Shown one piece after another: positions 40,351 through 53,160 of a DNA stretch of 64,000 nt. The notes below the pieces were generated by a model. The model was given only the letters and a program-made list of their open reading frames with translations. It ran no database searches and was not told the origin of the DNA. This stretch comes from Cycas panzhihuaensis (taxonomy: Eukaryota > Plantae > Cycadophyta). Location: contig CM041465.1 in the NCBI GenBank assembly GCA_023213395.1, forward strand, positions 209,691,741-209,755,740, given 5' to 3'. Within the stretch, counting starts at the first letter, position 1; every line of letters starts with the position of its first letter. The position numbers were made by a program, and so were the translations under genes.

Positions 40351-42319
40351 ATGCTAAAATTTATAGTAGTAATAGACCAATCATTATGATATTAGATTAC
40401 AATGATCAAAGAAAAAGCTAAAAAAAGAAGTAGAAAAGTCCTAAAAAGAGCTTGAAAAATAAAAAAATAAAAAGGTAGTAAGAGCCATATATATTTAAAA
40501 CTAGTTAATCTCAGTTACTATGTGGTTGAGTATTTAATTTCTAATTATATATACCTTTTTAGATAGGGGAATAATCACAAGTTGTTCATGTTGTAATAAT
40601 TCCAAATTACTTAAAACAAGAAATAGTTAGAATAAAATAACTAGTCACTTTGAAGGTCGAAGCATTAGGAAACACTTGTTCTCTTAGTGGTGAAAGTTAT
40701 TAGATAATTGACATAAGATCCTAATAGTTGTTGACCTATTGTAGCTATAAATAATATGATATAATTTGTTAAACTAGATCATCTACCTCTATATTTTAGG
40801 CTTTAGGGATATGGCATATCTAGACATATGGCAACTATGCAAGTACTTACTAGCTAAGTTTATAAACACTTATAATTATAAGTTAAGAGTTAGACAAGTA
40901 CTAATCATGTAGGATTAGTAAAAGGGAATTAATACAAAGTACTATATCTATGATTTGGCCATAAATATCATCTTAAAGTGCTTTATGATGATAATGCACT
41001 TATCCAAGTTATTGGTGGTACAAGGAAGAAATAATCATGTACTCGTGACAACATGACCTATGAGAGTTTATATAATTGAAGACATAATAAAAGGCTTAGA
41101 GTTTTCTTAACTTCTCGCATTAGTATGGATAACAAATTCGATGGAATATAACACACTTCAAAAGGATATATTAGAGGATTACTTGATAAATAAAAGAAAG
41201 ATGAGAAATAATAAGGAGAAAAATGGTTGATGAAAACTTGCTTTAGACTGGAGGAGGGCATTCATAAGTAGCTGTGGGTATTGTTGAGTAAAATCTAAAG
41301 TAAGATTGAGTTCATACATAGGTCACACTAGACTTGAGTAATGCCGATCCCAAGATTCTTAAAAGACATATCTAATTAAAACCTATATTATAGACCAATA
41401 GGTTAAGATAAGGCCGTCACATAACCTAATCAATATGATACTATTATTAAGTTCTTAAACCTCTTATTTATTCCTTAATCCTTTTTACCAAATAAGATTT
41501 GATCAATGTAGGAGCCTTACAACATATAAGCAGGATCCAAGGTCATAGAAAGATGCACATGATTCAAATCTAAATTACTAAAGTGGTAGGTAGGGACAAG
41601 GTTATTACGACTTGCCCTAGATGCTAAGATAATGAGTATGTGGCAATGGATTTTAGGATCAAAATAAATATTGCCTTATGAATGCTCCTTTAAATAGAGT
41701 TTATAATTTGGTAAAATGGCTGAAATATTTGATCTCCTAATTGACCCTAGGATACTAGTGATGTTCAAAACTAAAAGTCTCTTGATCACTATCTTGTGAG
41801 TATAAGGATGTGATGGAAAGGGAAAAATGGAAAGGGGTAACATCAATTATTGAGTTAATTAAGGGTATATCTATACTGGTGCTAGGGTTTTAATAAAACT
41901 CAAGTTAGTTATGATGTAAATGTAGAGTTATTTCATTGTGGGGACGTGTAGGAATTTAGGATCACTTAAAGTAACAGTTCATGGAGTCAACTTTTACATC
42001 AAGGGTCAAAAGGCTAAAAAGGGAAAAAATTTAAGGATCCTAGCTCAAAATGGAAACTTTTGACTATAAATATTAACATGTTTGATGACCCTCATACTAG
42101 AACCCCTCTATATGCGCTTGCTCAAATTTTATATGAGGGCCATTGATGATGAGGCTGGACACTCAATGTGATCTTGATGATTCCTAGACTTGCATATATG
42201 CTTGAAACTTATAGAAGCATAATAGTAGAGGGGAAAAATTAAACCAGAGAAAAAATAAAAAGAAAACAAAATTTTTATTATTTCTTCTCTTTTTAATTTT
42301 TGTTATTACAAAAGAAAGT

Positions 42320-43370
42320 GTAACTAGTTTATCCTTATCACAGAGTACAACTAATAATTTAGAATCATGTTAGAGTTCCACTAGTTTATACTTATTACAA
42401 AGTATAGTTCCCTTAAGTGATTGACTTGGAGGGAATTACAGTTTATGCTTATTATAGGTTGTAATTGGTTTATACTCATTATAGAGTATAGTACACCTAA
42501 GTGACTTGCTTAAGGGGAGTTATAGTTTATACCTATCATAAGGTTTAGCTAGTTTATACTCATTGTAGAGTTTAGTTATTCTACACTCATTATAGAGTGC
42601 TTAATTTAGGAGGAAACATGGTGTAATAGACAATAGAGGTATCTCACCCAAGTTTGAGGAAAGCTATAAGGAAGGATTAAAAACTATTAACATAAGTCTG
42701 GGGTTAGTTGGTTTATCTAGTGAATGAGGTTATCAAATAAAGCAATAAGTGTTGAGCCTATATGAACAATTCTTGAATCTTATTGATCACCTTTATAAGA
42801 GACAAACAATATTTAAGAAGCATTCATAAAAGATATAATACAAATATATACCAATACTAGGTAAATCTAGTTAGCTAATATTTGTGTGATACTTACTAGA
42901 GGAATTTGCTTATCATTGAATAAACCATAATAACCTATCAAATGAGAAATGGGTCTCCAAAGCATGCAAGATTCTACTTGGAATGACATTTAGTTGTAAA
43001 AATACTTTAGGATTTCATAACCCCACTAAGTTCCTTTACAACCCTAAATTCCTATGTGGTTCTATCTTTCCATGTAGTTTTCCTTTCCCTTGATATCATC
43101 ACTTTCTATTTTCTCTTAATTCATATTATCTTTTAAAGGGTCAACTAGTTTATAATTTTTACAAACTGCAAGTGATAGTTTAGGCTTGTGTCAAAGTTAA
43201 GTTAGTTTATACTTGTTACAAAGTATAAGTATGGCCCAAAGTGAGTAACTTGAGGAGGAGGAGTTTAACCTCTTTATAGAGGGCAGTGTAGTGTGAGCTT
43301 ATTTTCATGTCAGAGCTTAGTTAGTTTATATTCATTACAAATTATATTGTAGTTTAAGCTTATTGTGAAG
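42320..43370 (-). repeat. Degenerate short-unit arrays (AGTTTATACTCATT family) at 42320-42600 and 43140-43370
   Basis: Repeated TAGTTTATAC(T)CATT/CTTATT motifs; reverse complement of AATGAGTATAAACT seen at 20119-20162. Confidence 0.6.
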
Positions 43371-43689
43371 TATGTCATTTAGAAGATCAAGCTCTAGGCT
43401 TTCTAGGGTAGCTAGATTGTAAGCTCCATTATTTAGGGTAGCTAGATTTGACATGCCTCAAGGTAGCTATATTTATAATGAATACAAACTCCAAATGAGT
43501 AATAAACAACCTATAAATTGGATTTATATGGCTTCCAACATGATTGGAAACATCTCCACTCCTTGATGCTTCAAATCCATACTTCTAACTAGTGCTTAAA
43601 TCACTCATGAATTAAGAATTTTTACTCCAACATGTAATGGCTTCCTCTAAAAAGATATAGACACAAATTTTAAGGTATATATGATTTAA

Positions 43690-44530
43690 AAAGCACGTGA
43701 AGATAAGTGACTAATAATTGTGATCCTAACCCAAGTCTTATTGGGAAGAATATAATCTTAATTATGAATCACTATATCTCTAACAAATCATAGTGTACCA
43801 TGTTATCATTCCCAATGGCATTTCATTTAATACACAATGGATCTCAAAGACTGCCTCTCAACATCAAATGATTAGATTTAAATTTAAATAATAGAATATC
43901 CTCTTTAGAAGGAGAGTATATTTTACTAAGAAAAGGTAACTTTCCCAAAATACCCCTATGACTTTTTCATTCATATGGCTCTTAAAACCCATGGTAAAAG
44001 GAATTATAATATGTATTATGTATAACATAAGGCCTTAAAACCTTAGTTTATATATTTTTAATATCACCCACAATATTTCAATTGCTGTAGCTCCCTCTTT
44101 AAACAACACACATCCATAATCAACCCCATAGTTGATGCATGAGCCATAACCTCATACATACGTGAAATAGATTAAAAGCAGTCACATGATCTATGCAAAG
44201 ATGCCCATGACTCTCTCACTATTATATAACATCATACCATGACACACAACTATAAGTATAACTATCCCACTAATATAAATGGACCAACAACCTTCAAATA
44301 AGAGAATTAACTCTGAAACAAACATCTAAATATTTATATATAGTAGAATGCATTTCCACATCATAAACATAGGCTAAACAACTCCTTAAACAAATCCAAT
44401 CATATCTATGGAATGTGTTAACAACCTCTTTACTATCCAAGCATAAGATTTCATGCCCAACATATCAAAATGACCTTTAAATAGAGACCAACACTTTAAG
44501 AATAATCCCAACACATTCCATCGCTATTAG
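43690..44530 (-). pseudogene. Ancient non-LTR retrotransposon AP-endonuclease relic
   Basis: Motifs in the expected order on the minus strand: WNVLGL (~44520), IVGDIK (~44075, GDFN-like), DYIL (~43755), DH (~43722). Confidence 0.45.
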
Positions 44531-46208
44531 GTCACCCTTAAATATGGTTTAAAAAATAATTAGAGTGCCCAACTTACCCAAATAGCCCCAAAAGGCTTCA
44601 ACACTAGCCCAACACGGTCTAAATAGTGCCCAACACTAATTTATGATCATAAATAGAGGTAAAATCTTATTGATAGGTGAATTTGACTTGATTAATCACC
44701 ACTACATCACTATAACTCTCTTTTAGTAATTAGAGAAAATTAGAATTACCCTAAACAAGGCTCTCATTAGCATTACCATATAACATTTGATCTTATCACT
44801 TCCACCCAATTGTAGCCTTAGTTATCTACATCTGTTCAACTCTATTACCATGTGAAAAACTATGAAACATAAATTATGTATTTCTAAACAACCATGGTCT
44901 TAATCATATATATGTAAGCACACATGAAAGAGCACGTTACATAATACAAATGTTTATATAGAAAAACCTACTCAAGATAAAAGCTACATAACAATAATGG
45001 CTGACTATAATTCTTCCAAACTTGATTACTACATCCTTCTTAATATGGTTTACCTGTATTATAAATGCCACCTAGGGGTTTATATAACATCCTAAATAGT
45101 GCATTAATTAATGGTTACAATTTCTATTATTCATGCCCTTTGGCTTAATATTAATTAATTACCACTTAGAATTAACCATAAATAATTAACTTAAACTATC
45201 ACTTTAATAGAGGATCTAACTCTTTATTATCATGAATTATCTCTACTAAGGGATTAGAGTATTTGTAGGGCTAAAACTTCCATATGACCACTTTTGAGTT
45301 CACCATTATAGAAAAAATATAGTTCACCAAATAAAGAGAAGTAAACTGCTAACATCTAGTTTAACTAGGGTCCACCTAGTAACATATTATATTCTAAGTT
45401 AAGGTTGATGATAATAATCTTAGTCATGATTATCTTACTTTCTAAGATTAGGGATAAATCTAATCTCTTAATGGGAACCTTTTGGATCTTATCGTACCCT
45501 TGAAGTACCTAATTGATAGGCTCAAATATAGAAATCTTTAGAGATTCTAAAAGTTTGAGAGCTATGATATTAATGGAGGTCCCTAAATTAATAATGTAGC
45601 TTTTTATGTTGTACTAATGGTTTAGATTTGGATATGAAAAGGAGTCATTTTATTTTAATCCTTCTCATAATTTTATTCAAGTTGAGAAGGATCGAGAAAC
45701 CGGTTAGCACGGACGGACTGAGGCGACGCTGAGCGACTTTGAAGGATCGCAGCTAGGGTTTTCTATAGGGACGGAGGACGAGACCCAGGCGTCTTGGACG
45801 CCATGGCGTCCTTAGAAAAGTGAAGGGGCCGGACGTCGACCTATCTTTGAGGCCCATGGGCTCGCGCTCCTTTTCTCCAAGCCCTTGTTCGAGCTATGGC
45901 GGTGGGGTAAGGTGCAGAATTGCTTGGCGGCTAGGTGTCTCCCTCTTTGGGTCAGAGATATCACTGTCTGGAGGTAGTCCTCTCTCCTCTCCTTGCTTTG
46001 CCTCTCTTTCAGTGCGGAGGCTTGTGGTCAGAAAGGACGCTTTATCTTCCCGGGGTGGCGGTCAGAGCTGGGGTCCAGAGTGACAGATAGATCGTGGCTC
46101 TGGAAAAGTACAGCAAATAGAGGAGCTGGCCCAGTAGGACTGCAAATAGATTCAGTATGTTTTTGCCCTGCTGTTTGGAGTTTTTTCTAGCTAGTTAATA
46201 AATTAATT

Positions 46209-47590
46209 ATGGAAACAAATCTTCACCTTCTAGAGCAGAACCAAAGGCCTAACTTGGATTCACAGGAAAACTTACAAAGACGTCCTGAAATCTAATGAGG
46301 AAGTATCTTTTGATTTAACCCCAGTGTACGAAGACAATAAAGTAAGACTGAAAATTCCCCTTGCATTGGTCGAGAAAATGGAGAAATTGTGGGAGTACTG
46401 CCTTGTCGGCAGGTTCTCGGGTCCCAGACTGGGTTTGGAGCCCATTAGGGTTTGGACGAGGTCAAAATGGAAAACAACGAGTAATGTAGAGGTAATAGCC
46501 ATGCCTAAGGGCTATGTGCTATTCAAATTTACATCACATGAAGATATGGCTAGCATTCTGATTAGGGCACCTTGGATGTTTGGAAGAAAGGCTTTATATC
46601 TGGAGAAATGGCACAGGGGCTTTGATCCCTCGATTCCAAAAATTAGCCAAGCCCCTATTTGGATTCAACTACCGGGGCTGCCGCTTCACCATTGGAACCA
46701 GGAGGTTTTTAATGGGGATAGCGAAGGCGGTAGGCCCCCTCCTAGCAGTCGATTCGGCAACGAAGAACAGAAGCAGGCTTATTAACGCCAGAATCTGTGC
46801 CTTGGTGAAGTTAGATAAGCCTTTATTGGATGATATCTGGATGGACCTCCCCGACGAAAGCTGGGCTCAACCTTTGCTTTACGAGATGGATCATTTTAGG
46901 TGCTCAACATGTAGGAACTTGGGACACCTGCCCCAGAAGTGCCCGGGAGTGCAACCCCCAAAAGAAGATCTTGCAGAGCCAAACAAAAAGGAGGTAGGAA
47001 AAGTAGAGGAGCAAGAATGTCCTAGCCGATTGGAGACGGCAGAAACCTCTTTTCAGATCCTAGGCTTTGATCCAAACGAGGAGGATACGTTGCTTGAGGA
47101 GGATGCCCAAACGGCTCAGATCACTGGGGTTCCAAAGGGCCTGGACGAAGTGGATAGGGCTACGGAACACCCCCCAAAGGGGGATGCTACGCCGACTCAT
47201 ATTACCTCACCTAAGCCTTGGAGGCAGTTGGAGAAAGTGGCGGACAAGGGGTCAGATTTACCCTCGCTGAGTCCAGGCCGTCTTGGGCCTAGGGATGGGG
47301 GCGGGGTCGCGGTGCTGCCTCGCCCAGAGGAATCAGGGCAGGCAACTCTTGATTCAACCCTACAAACGCCTCATAAGAAGTTGCCGGATATAGGTGCTGA
47401 GAAGCGGGTTGGAAGACCCTCGTCAAGAGTCCAAAGAGAGAAGGATTCAGCTGCCCAAGTCGATCTAGGTATGCAGAAAACTCTAAAAGAAACATTCCTT
47501 GAGGGGCCTACACTCAGATCCGGTTCAGTAGCTGGAGAGCCCCCAAAAGGGAAGGCGGCTGAGGTCTGGAAACAGAGGAAGAAGAGATGA
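46209..47590 (+). pseudogene. LINE ORF1 (DUF4283-like domain + zinc knuckle), frameshifted
   Basis: CLVGRFSG...PWMFGRKALYLEKW...IWIQLPGLPLHHW, then CSTCRNLGHLPQKC. Split over frames 46324-46785 and 46580-47590. Confidence 0.92.
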
Positions 47591-50500
47591 AAATTCTCTC
47601 ATGGAATATCAGGGGCCTCAATGCCCCTTCAAAACAAAGAATCATCAGAGATATGAGAAGAAGACATCAACCGGACTTGTTATTTCTTCAGGAAACAAAA
47701 CTTAATAAAGAGAATGGACCTAAGATTAGGAGCATTATTTGGAAGAAAGCTGAAGGTATTGAGGTGGATTATGCCCAAGGCAGGGGGGGTCTGATGGTTT
47801 TGTGGAACCCGTCAATCTGGTTGGGTGAAATTTTTCTGATCGAAGATTCCTTCATCTCGGTTCGGCTAACTAGCAGAAGCAATAACACTACATGGATTGC
47901 CACTAATATGTATGCCCCAAACTGTCAGGAAGATAGAAAGTGTCTTTGGGCTAGATTGATTGAAGCCCATAGGGCCAGCCATCTTCCATGGTTATCATGA
48001 GGCGACTTCAATTGACCCTTTGCCCAGTGAAAAGAGAGGGGGCACCGAAATGGACTACCAGTATGAGTGATTTTAGTGAAATTTTGCAGCAGGGTGGGTT
48101 AGAGGATGTCAACCTTGGGGGTGCCACTTTCACCTAGACTAATAAAAGGCTCGGGAATAACCTTATCCAAATTAGACTGGATAGGGTGCTGGTTAATTTT
48201 GAGTGGGTGAGGTACTTCAAGGATTTCACCCTCGAAGCCTCAGAGAATCGCCTCGATCACTCGCCCCTTTTGTTGAATTTCTCATATTCCAGAAAGTTCA
48301 TCGGGGCCCCTTTCAGATTTGAATTGATGTGGCTCCGCCACCCAGATCTAAGAAATAGGATTGAGGAATGGTGGAGCATCGATATAGAAGGACATGCTAT
48401 GTATAGATTTTCCAAGAAATTGGACTGGGTAAAAAGGAAAGTCAAAGTCTGGAACAAGGAAAATTTTCAAAATATAAATGATCGAAAGGAGAGGACTTTC
48501 CAGGATTTGAAAGATACTGAGGACCAGATCGAGCGGCTGGGCAGATCTCCAGAGATGGACAAGGTAGAAAAGGAGCTGACTGAGACCCTGGAGGAAATCC
48601 TCACTAGGGAGGAAATCCACTGGAGACAGAAATCCAGGGCTCTGTGGTTGGCAGAAGGAGACAGAAATACAAGATTTTTCCATATGACTACTGTTAAGCA
48701 TAGAGCGAACAACCGAATCAACAAGCTTCAAAGGGAAGACTCGAAGTTGGTTCGATGTAAGATATGAAGGAGTCGGCGGTGATTATTTCAAGGAGCTATT
48801 TGCCGAGCCGACGGGTGGGGACATGGATTTGAGGAAGGAATTCCTCAATAACATCCCCTGCTTGGTGAATGATGCCCAAAATGCCCGATTCTGACTCCTT
48901 TCTCTCAGGAGGAGGTGAAGGTGGCGCTCTTTAGTATGAAGAGAGATAAAGCGCCTGGCCCTGACGGCTTCCCCCCGGGGTTCTTCCAAGAATTTTGGGA
49001 TATTATTAAGGGAGACTATATGGAAGCGCTCCATGAATTTTATGCAAACAGGAAGATCTTACAGGAGTGGCAGACTACCTTCCTGGTTCTTATTCCTAAG
49101 AAAGAGGGAGCAAAAAGGATGGAGGACTTTCGACCTATAAGCCTATGCAATGTCAAATACAAAATTCTAACAAAGGTATTGGTGAACAGGTTAAAGCAAA
49201 TTATGCCAAACATCATTTCTCCGAACCAAGATGGCTTTCTCCGGGGGAGACAGATATACGATGGGTATATCGTTGTCCATGAAACCATTCACTCTGCAGC
49301 AGAGAGGAAGGAGCCTGCGATGCTCATCAAGATTGACCTCTCGAAGGCCTTTGATAGGATCTCTTGGGATTGTCTACTGGATTGCCTAAGGGCTTTTGGC
49401 TTCGGCGAGACTTGGCGCTCATGGATTAATCTATGTATTGGTAATCCGCAGTCATATTATCAATGGTACGTCTCGCTTCTTCCTGTGATTTAGGGGCCGA
49501 GGCGACCCGCTCTCTCCTTTTTTGTTTATCACGATGGCGAGTTGGGTAGATCCACGAGTCCCTGAGGAGACAGGGGGTTATAAATGGTATAAAGTCGACA
49601 TCGAATGGACAACGTGGCTCATCACCAATTAGTTGACGATAATATCTTCCTTGGGAAACCTACAATTAGGGAGGCCACCAGCTTTAAAGAGTTCTTGGGC
49701 CATTTTGAGAAGGCCACGAATCAAAAGATAAACTTGAATAAGAGCAGCATATTTTTTATAAATACCCAGTAGTATTCAAGGCGGGATCGATAGATGCCTA
49801 GAGATAGGCATCAAAAACTCCACTACCTACCTTGGCCTTCCTCTATTTGTTGGGAAGATGGCCAAGGATATGTGGAACCCCTTATTGACAAAGTTACAAA
49901 GGAAGATGGCGGATGGAAAGGCGCCTCCCAAGTCAAGGCCGAAAGCTTCAACTTGTAGCCTCCACGCTCTGAGCATCCCGTTTCGGATGTCCATCTTTAG
50001 AGTCCCGGCGGGTATCTCAGATATCATTGAATCTATCCAAAAGAGGTTCCTTTGGGCTGGTATGGAAAACAGAGATAGAATTCATTTAGTCAACTGGGAA
50101 AAGGTTTGCATGCTAAAATGGGCCGGGGGCCTAAATTTGAGAAGGCTCCCTCTCTTCAATGCAGCTCTAGGAGCTAAGTTGGGGTGGAGGCTAGCAAAGG
50201 GGCGAGAGGCTCTGGGAGAAGATCCTAATCAGGAAATATGTGCAAGGAGGCTCTTTGGCTGAAAATGATGTCTCTCAGGTTGGCTCAACCATCTGGAGGA
50301 GTATTCTGAAAGCTTAGAATGCTTTGAGGAGCGGGCTGAGATAGAGGCTTGGAGATGGGAACTCCATTAGATTCTGGGAGGATGCATGGTGTAGTGACAA
50401 AGCGCTTAAGGTCTATCCAGACCTGGAACCCATAATGGGTCCATGTGTTAGGATCTACGGCAGCCATGTGAAGGACTATTGGGAAGGAAGCGGAGATAGC

Positions 50501-51724
50501 AGGTCCTGGAAGACCCTTGAGGAAATTCAAGGTGAAAGAGTGCAAGAAGGCATCAACAGGATTAAAAGCATGCTTGGCAAGTGTTACATTCCTAGATTTC
50601 CTACGGCAGACTCGATAGTGTGGTCCCTGAGTTCGACCGGTGTCTATTCTGTCAAGCAGGGGTATCAATATCTATGTCAAGCAAGAGGGGACCAGAGAAA
50701 CCCTATCCTCGAAGGGGTCTGGAAGCTCCCTATCATCCCAAAGATTGTTGTATTTTGGTGGACCTGCTTAAGAAACAAAATACTTACAGCTGATAATCTG
50801 GAAAGAAGAGGTTTTATCTTTGGTAGCGGATGTACTTTATGTTGCTCTGAAGAAGAGTCTATGGACCACATCTTTTTGGAATGCCCCTACACAAGGGAGG
50901 TATGGAGAATGTTACTGGGAAAATTCGAGGTAAGCTGGATATTCTCGGAGAAGATATCGGATCTTTGGCTAGCCTGGATAAGCCCATTCAGGAGTAGGAC
51001 GTTGAGTTGCATTTGGACTAGTGCTCTTCCGATCTTAGCCTGGAACATATGGAAAGAAAGGAATCGTAGAATATTCCAGGCGAAATGGTTGGACCAGGCT
51101 ACCATTTATTGCAGAATCTGTGCAGATATTAGAGAGAACGTCAGATCAGTGAAAGAAAAATGCCTGCTTGAGCCAGAGAGAAGGATTCTGAGCAAGTGGG
51201 ATATAGTTCCGACTTTCGTGGTGGATAAGAATAAAGATAGCAAGTGGCTACCTCCTGAGGAGACATGGATCAAAATAAATTTTGATGGTGCAAGAAGGGA
51301 ATCCGGGGCACGGGGAGGTATTTGTAGAGATCATCTTGGGTCTACCCTTTGGGTTTTTGCGGAATTCTACGATTGCCAGACAAACCATTACGCAGAGATG
51401 CATGCTATGCTTAAAGCTCTTAACCTTGCGGTGGAAGGTAATTCTTAGAGAGTGATCATTGAGGGAGACTCTGAGGTCGTGGTGAAAACTCTGAAAGGGG
51501 AGGCCATCTCGGATTGGAGATTTCAACTTATATTTAATGATGCGAAGGAAATCATCAAGGGGCTGACTGATGTCCGTATTAGGCATACTCTGAGAGAAGG
51601 AAACAAACCAGCAGACTTTCTGGCAAAATGGGGAGTGAGATATAGGACAGGACAAATTTGGAAGACGGATTTCCCTAGGGATCTTTTGGTTCTGGTGGAG
51701 AAGGATATGACATGCATCAGCTAG
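47587..51724 (+). pseudogene. LINE ORF2 (endonuclease, RT, zf-RVT, RNase H), frameshifted
   Basis: MKILSWNIRGL, LQETK, GDFN, RLDRVL, DHSPL; KAPGPDGF, FRPISLCN, KIDLSKAFDRISW, GDPLSP, LVDD; CTLC...ESMDHIFLEC; KINFDGA...AEMHA...IEGDS...REGNKPADFLAK. Confidence 0.95.
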
Positions 51725-52417
51725 CCGTGGGGCTTGTCCCGGCACCTCTTTCTGGCCTAGTCCGTGGGGTTGTCACGGACTCATACTTCTCTGTCGCGCT
51801 ATACTCCTTGATGTACTAGGTTATGGGATCCTCTTTCAAACCCACTGAAATTCATTTTATCTAATCAAAAAAAAAGTTGAGAAGGATCAAATAATATATG
51901 GAACCTATTAAGGCTAGGTTGCCCCATACCAAGTGCTTCTAATAAGAGTCCCCTTTACTCAGGGTAGCTATTCAAAAGTTCTAATATGGAAATCTCTATA
52001 GACATAAAATAGAGCTCTTCTATGATGGAAAATACTTTTCCCTTAGTGGACTATGAGATAATTCATTTAGAATCCACCCATATCTGATGAGAAGGGAGTT
52101 TCCGTAATAGTTATACTAGTTTAGAAATGAAGCCCTTCTTGAAGTTCTTTATTTGGCTTTGGGTCACTATTAGTGTATCATCTACCTTCACCATATTGAT
52201 GGTATTTAGTTGCTCATCCTTCTTTGAAGAATATTTCATATTTTAGTAGTTGTTTTTATTTGTACAATGCTTCTTTATAGTAAGGTCCTTCTAAATGTCT
52301 GACTTAGAACTACCTAAGCCACTCTTTGCCTTAGGAGGACCATTTTCCTTTAATTTTATGTCATGGTTTAAGAAAGGGTCTATATTTATGATTACCTAAT
52401 GGAAATGAAAGGTGATG

Positions 52418-52498
52418 CATATATACACACATACACATATATACTTGTGTGTATATGTATGTGTGTTTGTATGTGTATGTGTGTGTGTGTGTGTGTGT
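52418..52498. repeat. CA/TG-rich microsatellite
   Basis: Interrupted ACAC, TATG and (TG)n run. Confidence 0.85.
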
Positions 52499-53160
52499 AA
52501 TAATGGTTTGAGTTCCCTCCTTTATAGTCATAATAGCTTATACATACCTTAAATCATAATGCAAACATATTAAGAAACTTTCAAACTAATATATTCTTTG
52601 TTACCAACCTATAAAATTTTGTTGGTTTTTGTTTGACTACATCCAAATGCTTAATGAAAGTTATAATATACTCAACTATGCTACTAGGAGTGCATGTTCA
52701 AGTGAGTTTCATTTGTATTACCTCTCTATGTATAAAGATAAAAATTGATACAACATTCATCCATCCCTTTTAATGATAAGGTTAGCTAGATAATATAGTA
52801 TAATATAACATAGTAAAATATGATATAACATGATACTACAATATATTATATTATATTATATTATCTAGCTATATTTTTTCACTAGGAGGGATGGATGGAT
52901 GTAACAACTATTTCTACCTTTATATGCAAAGAGGTGATGCAAATGAAACTTATACATACACTCCTAGCAACATAGTTGAGCATGTTATAACTTCTAATAA
53001 GCAATTGGACATGGTTGAACCAAAACCAATAAAATTAAATTTTTTAAAAGTTGGTAACAAAGCATATATTAGTTTGGAAGTTTCTTGATATGTTTTCATA
53101 ATAGTTTAAGATATGGATAAGCTATTATAACTACAAAGGATGGAATTCAAACCATGATGA
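52498..53160. mobile_element. Foldback / MITE-like long inverted repeat
   Basis: Arms of ~320 bp, about 75-80% complementary by eye. Examples: ATGGTTTGAGTTCC vs GGAATTCAAACCAT; CTCAACTATGCTACTAGGAGTG vs CACTCCTAGCAACATAGTTGAG; TAGCTAGATAAT vs ATTATCTAGCTA. Short AT-rich loop near 52816-52833. Confidence 0.88.

Larger units (their letters stand above)
45694..51873 (+). mobile_element. Full-length L1-clade LINE with RNase H
   Basis: 15-bp TSD AAGTTGAGAAGGATC at 45679-45693 and 51874-51888. A-tail at 51867-51875. GC/CpG-rich relative to flanks. ORF1 and ORF2 present. Confidence 0.97.

Noticed and set aside
40600-41960. Possible gypsy pol relic followed by PPT/LTR (GTGGGGACG-TGTAGG at ~41940)
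   Set aside because: Too decayed; motifs not recoverable with confidence and no partner LTR found.
48257-51745. Multiple minus-strand ORFs over the LINE
   Set aside because: Shadow ORFs of a GC-rich coding strand, with no recognisable motifs.
52084-52130. Hammerhead ribozyme core CTGATGAG
   Set aside because: No correctly placed stem II/GAAAC or flanking helices.
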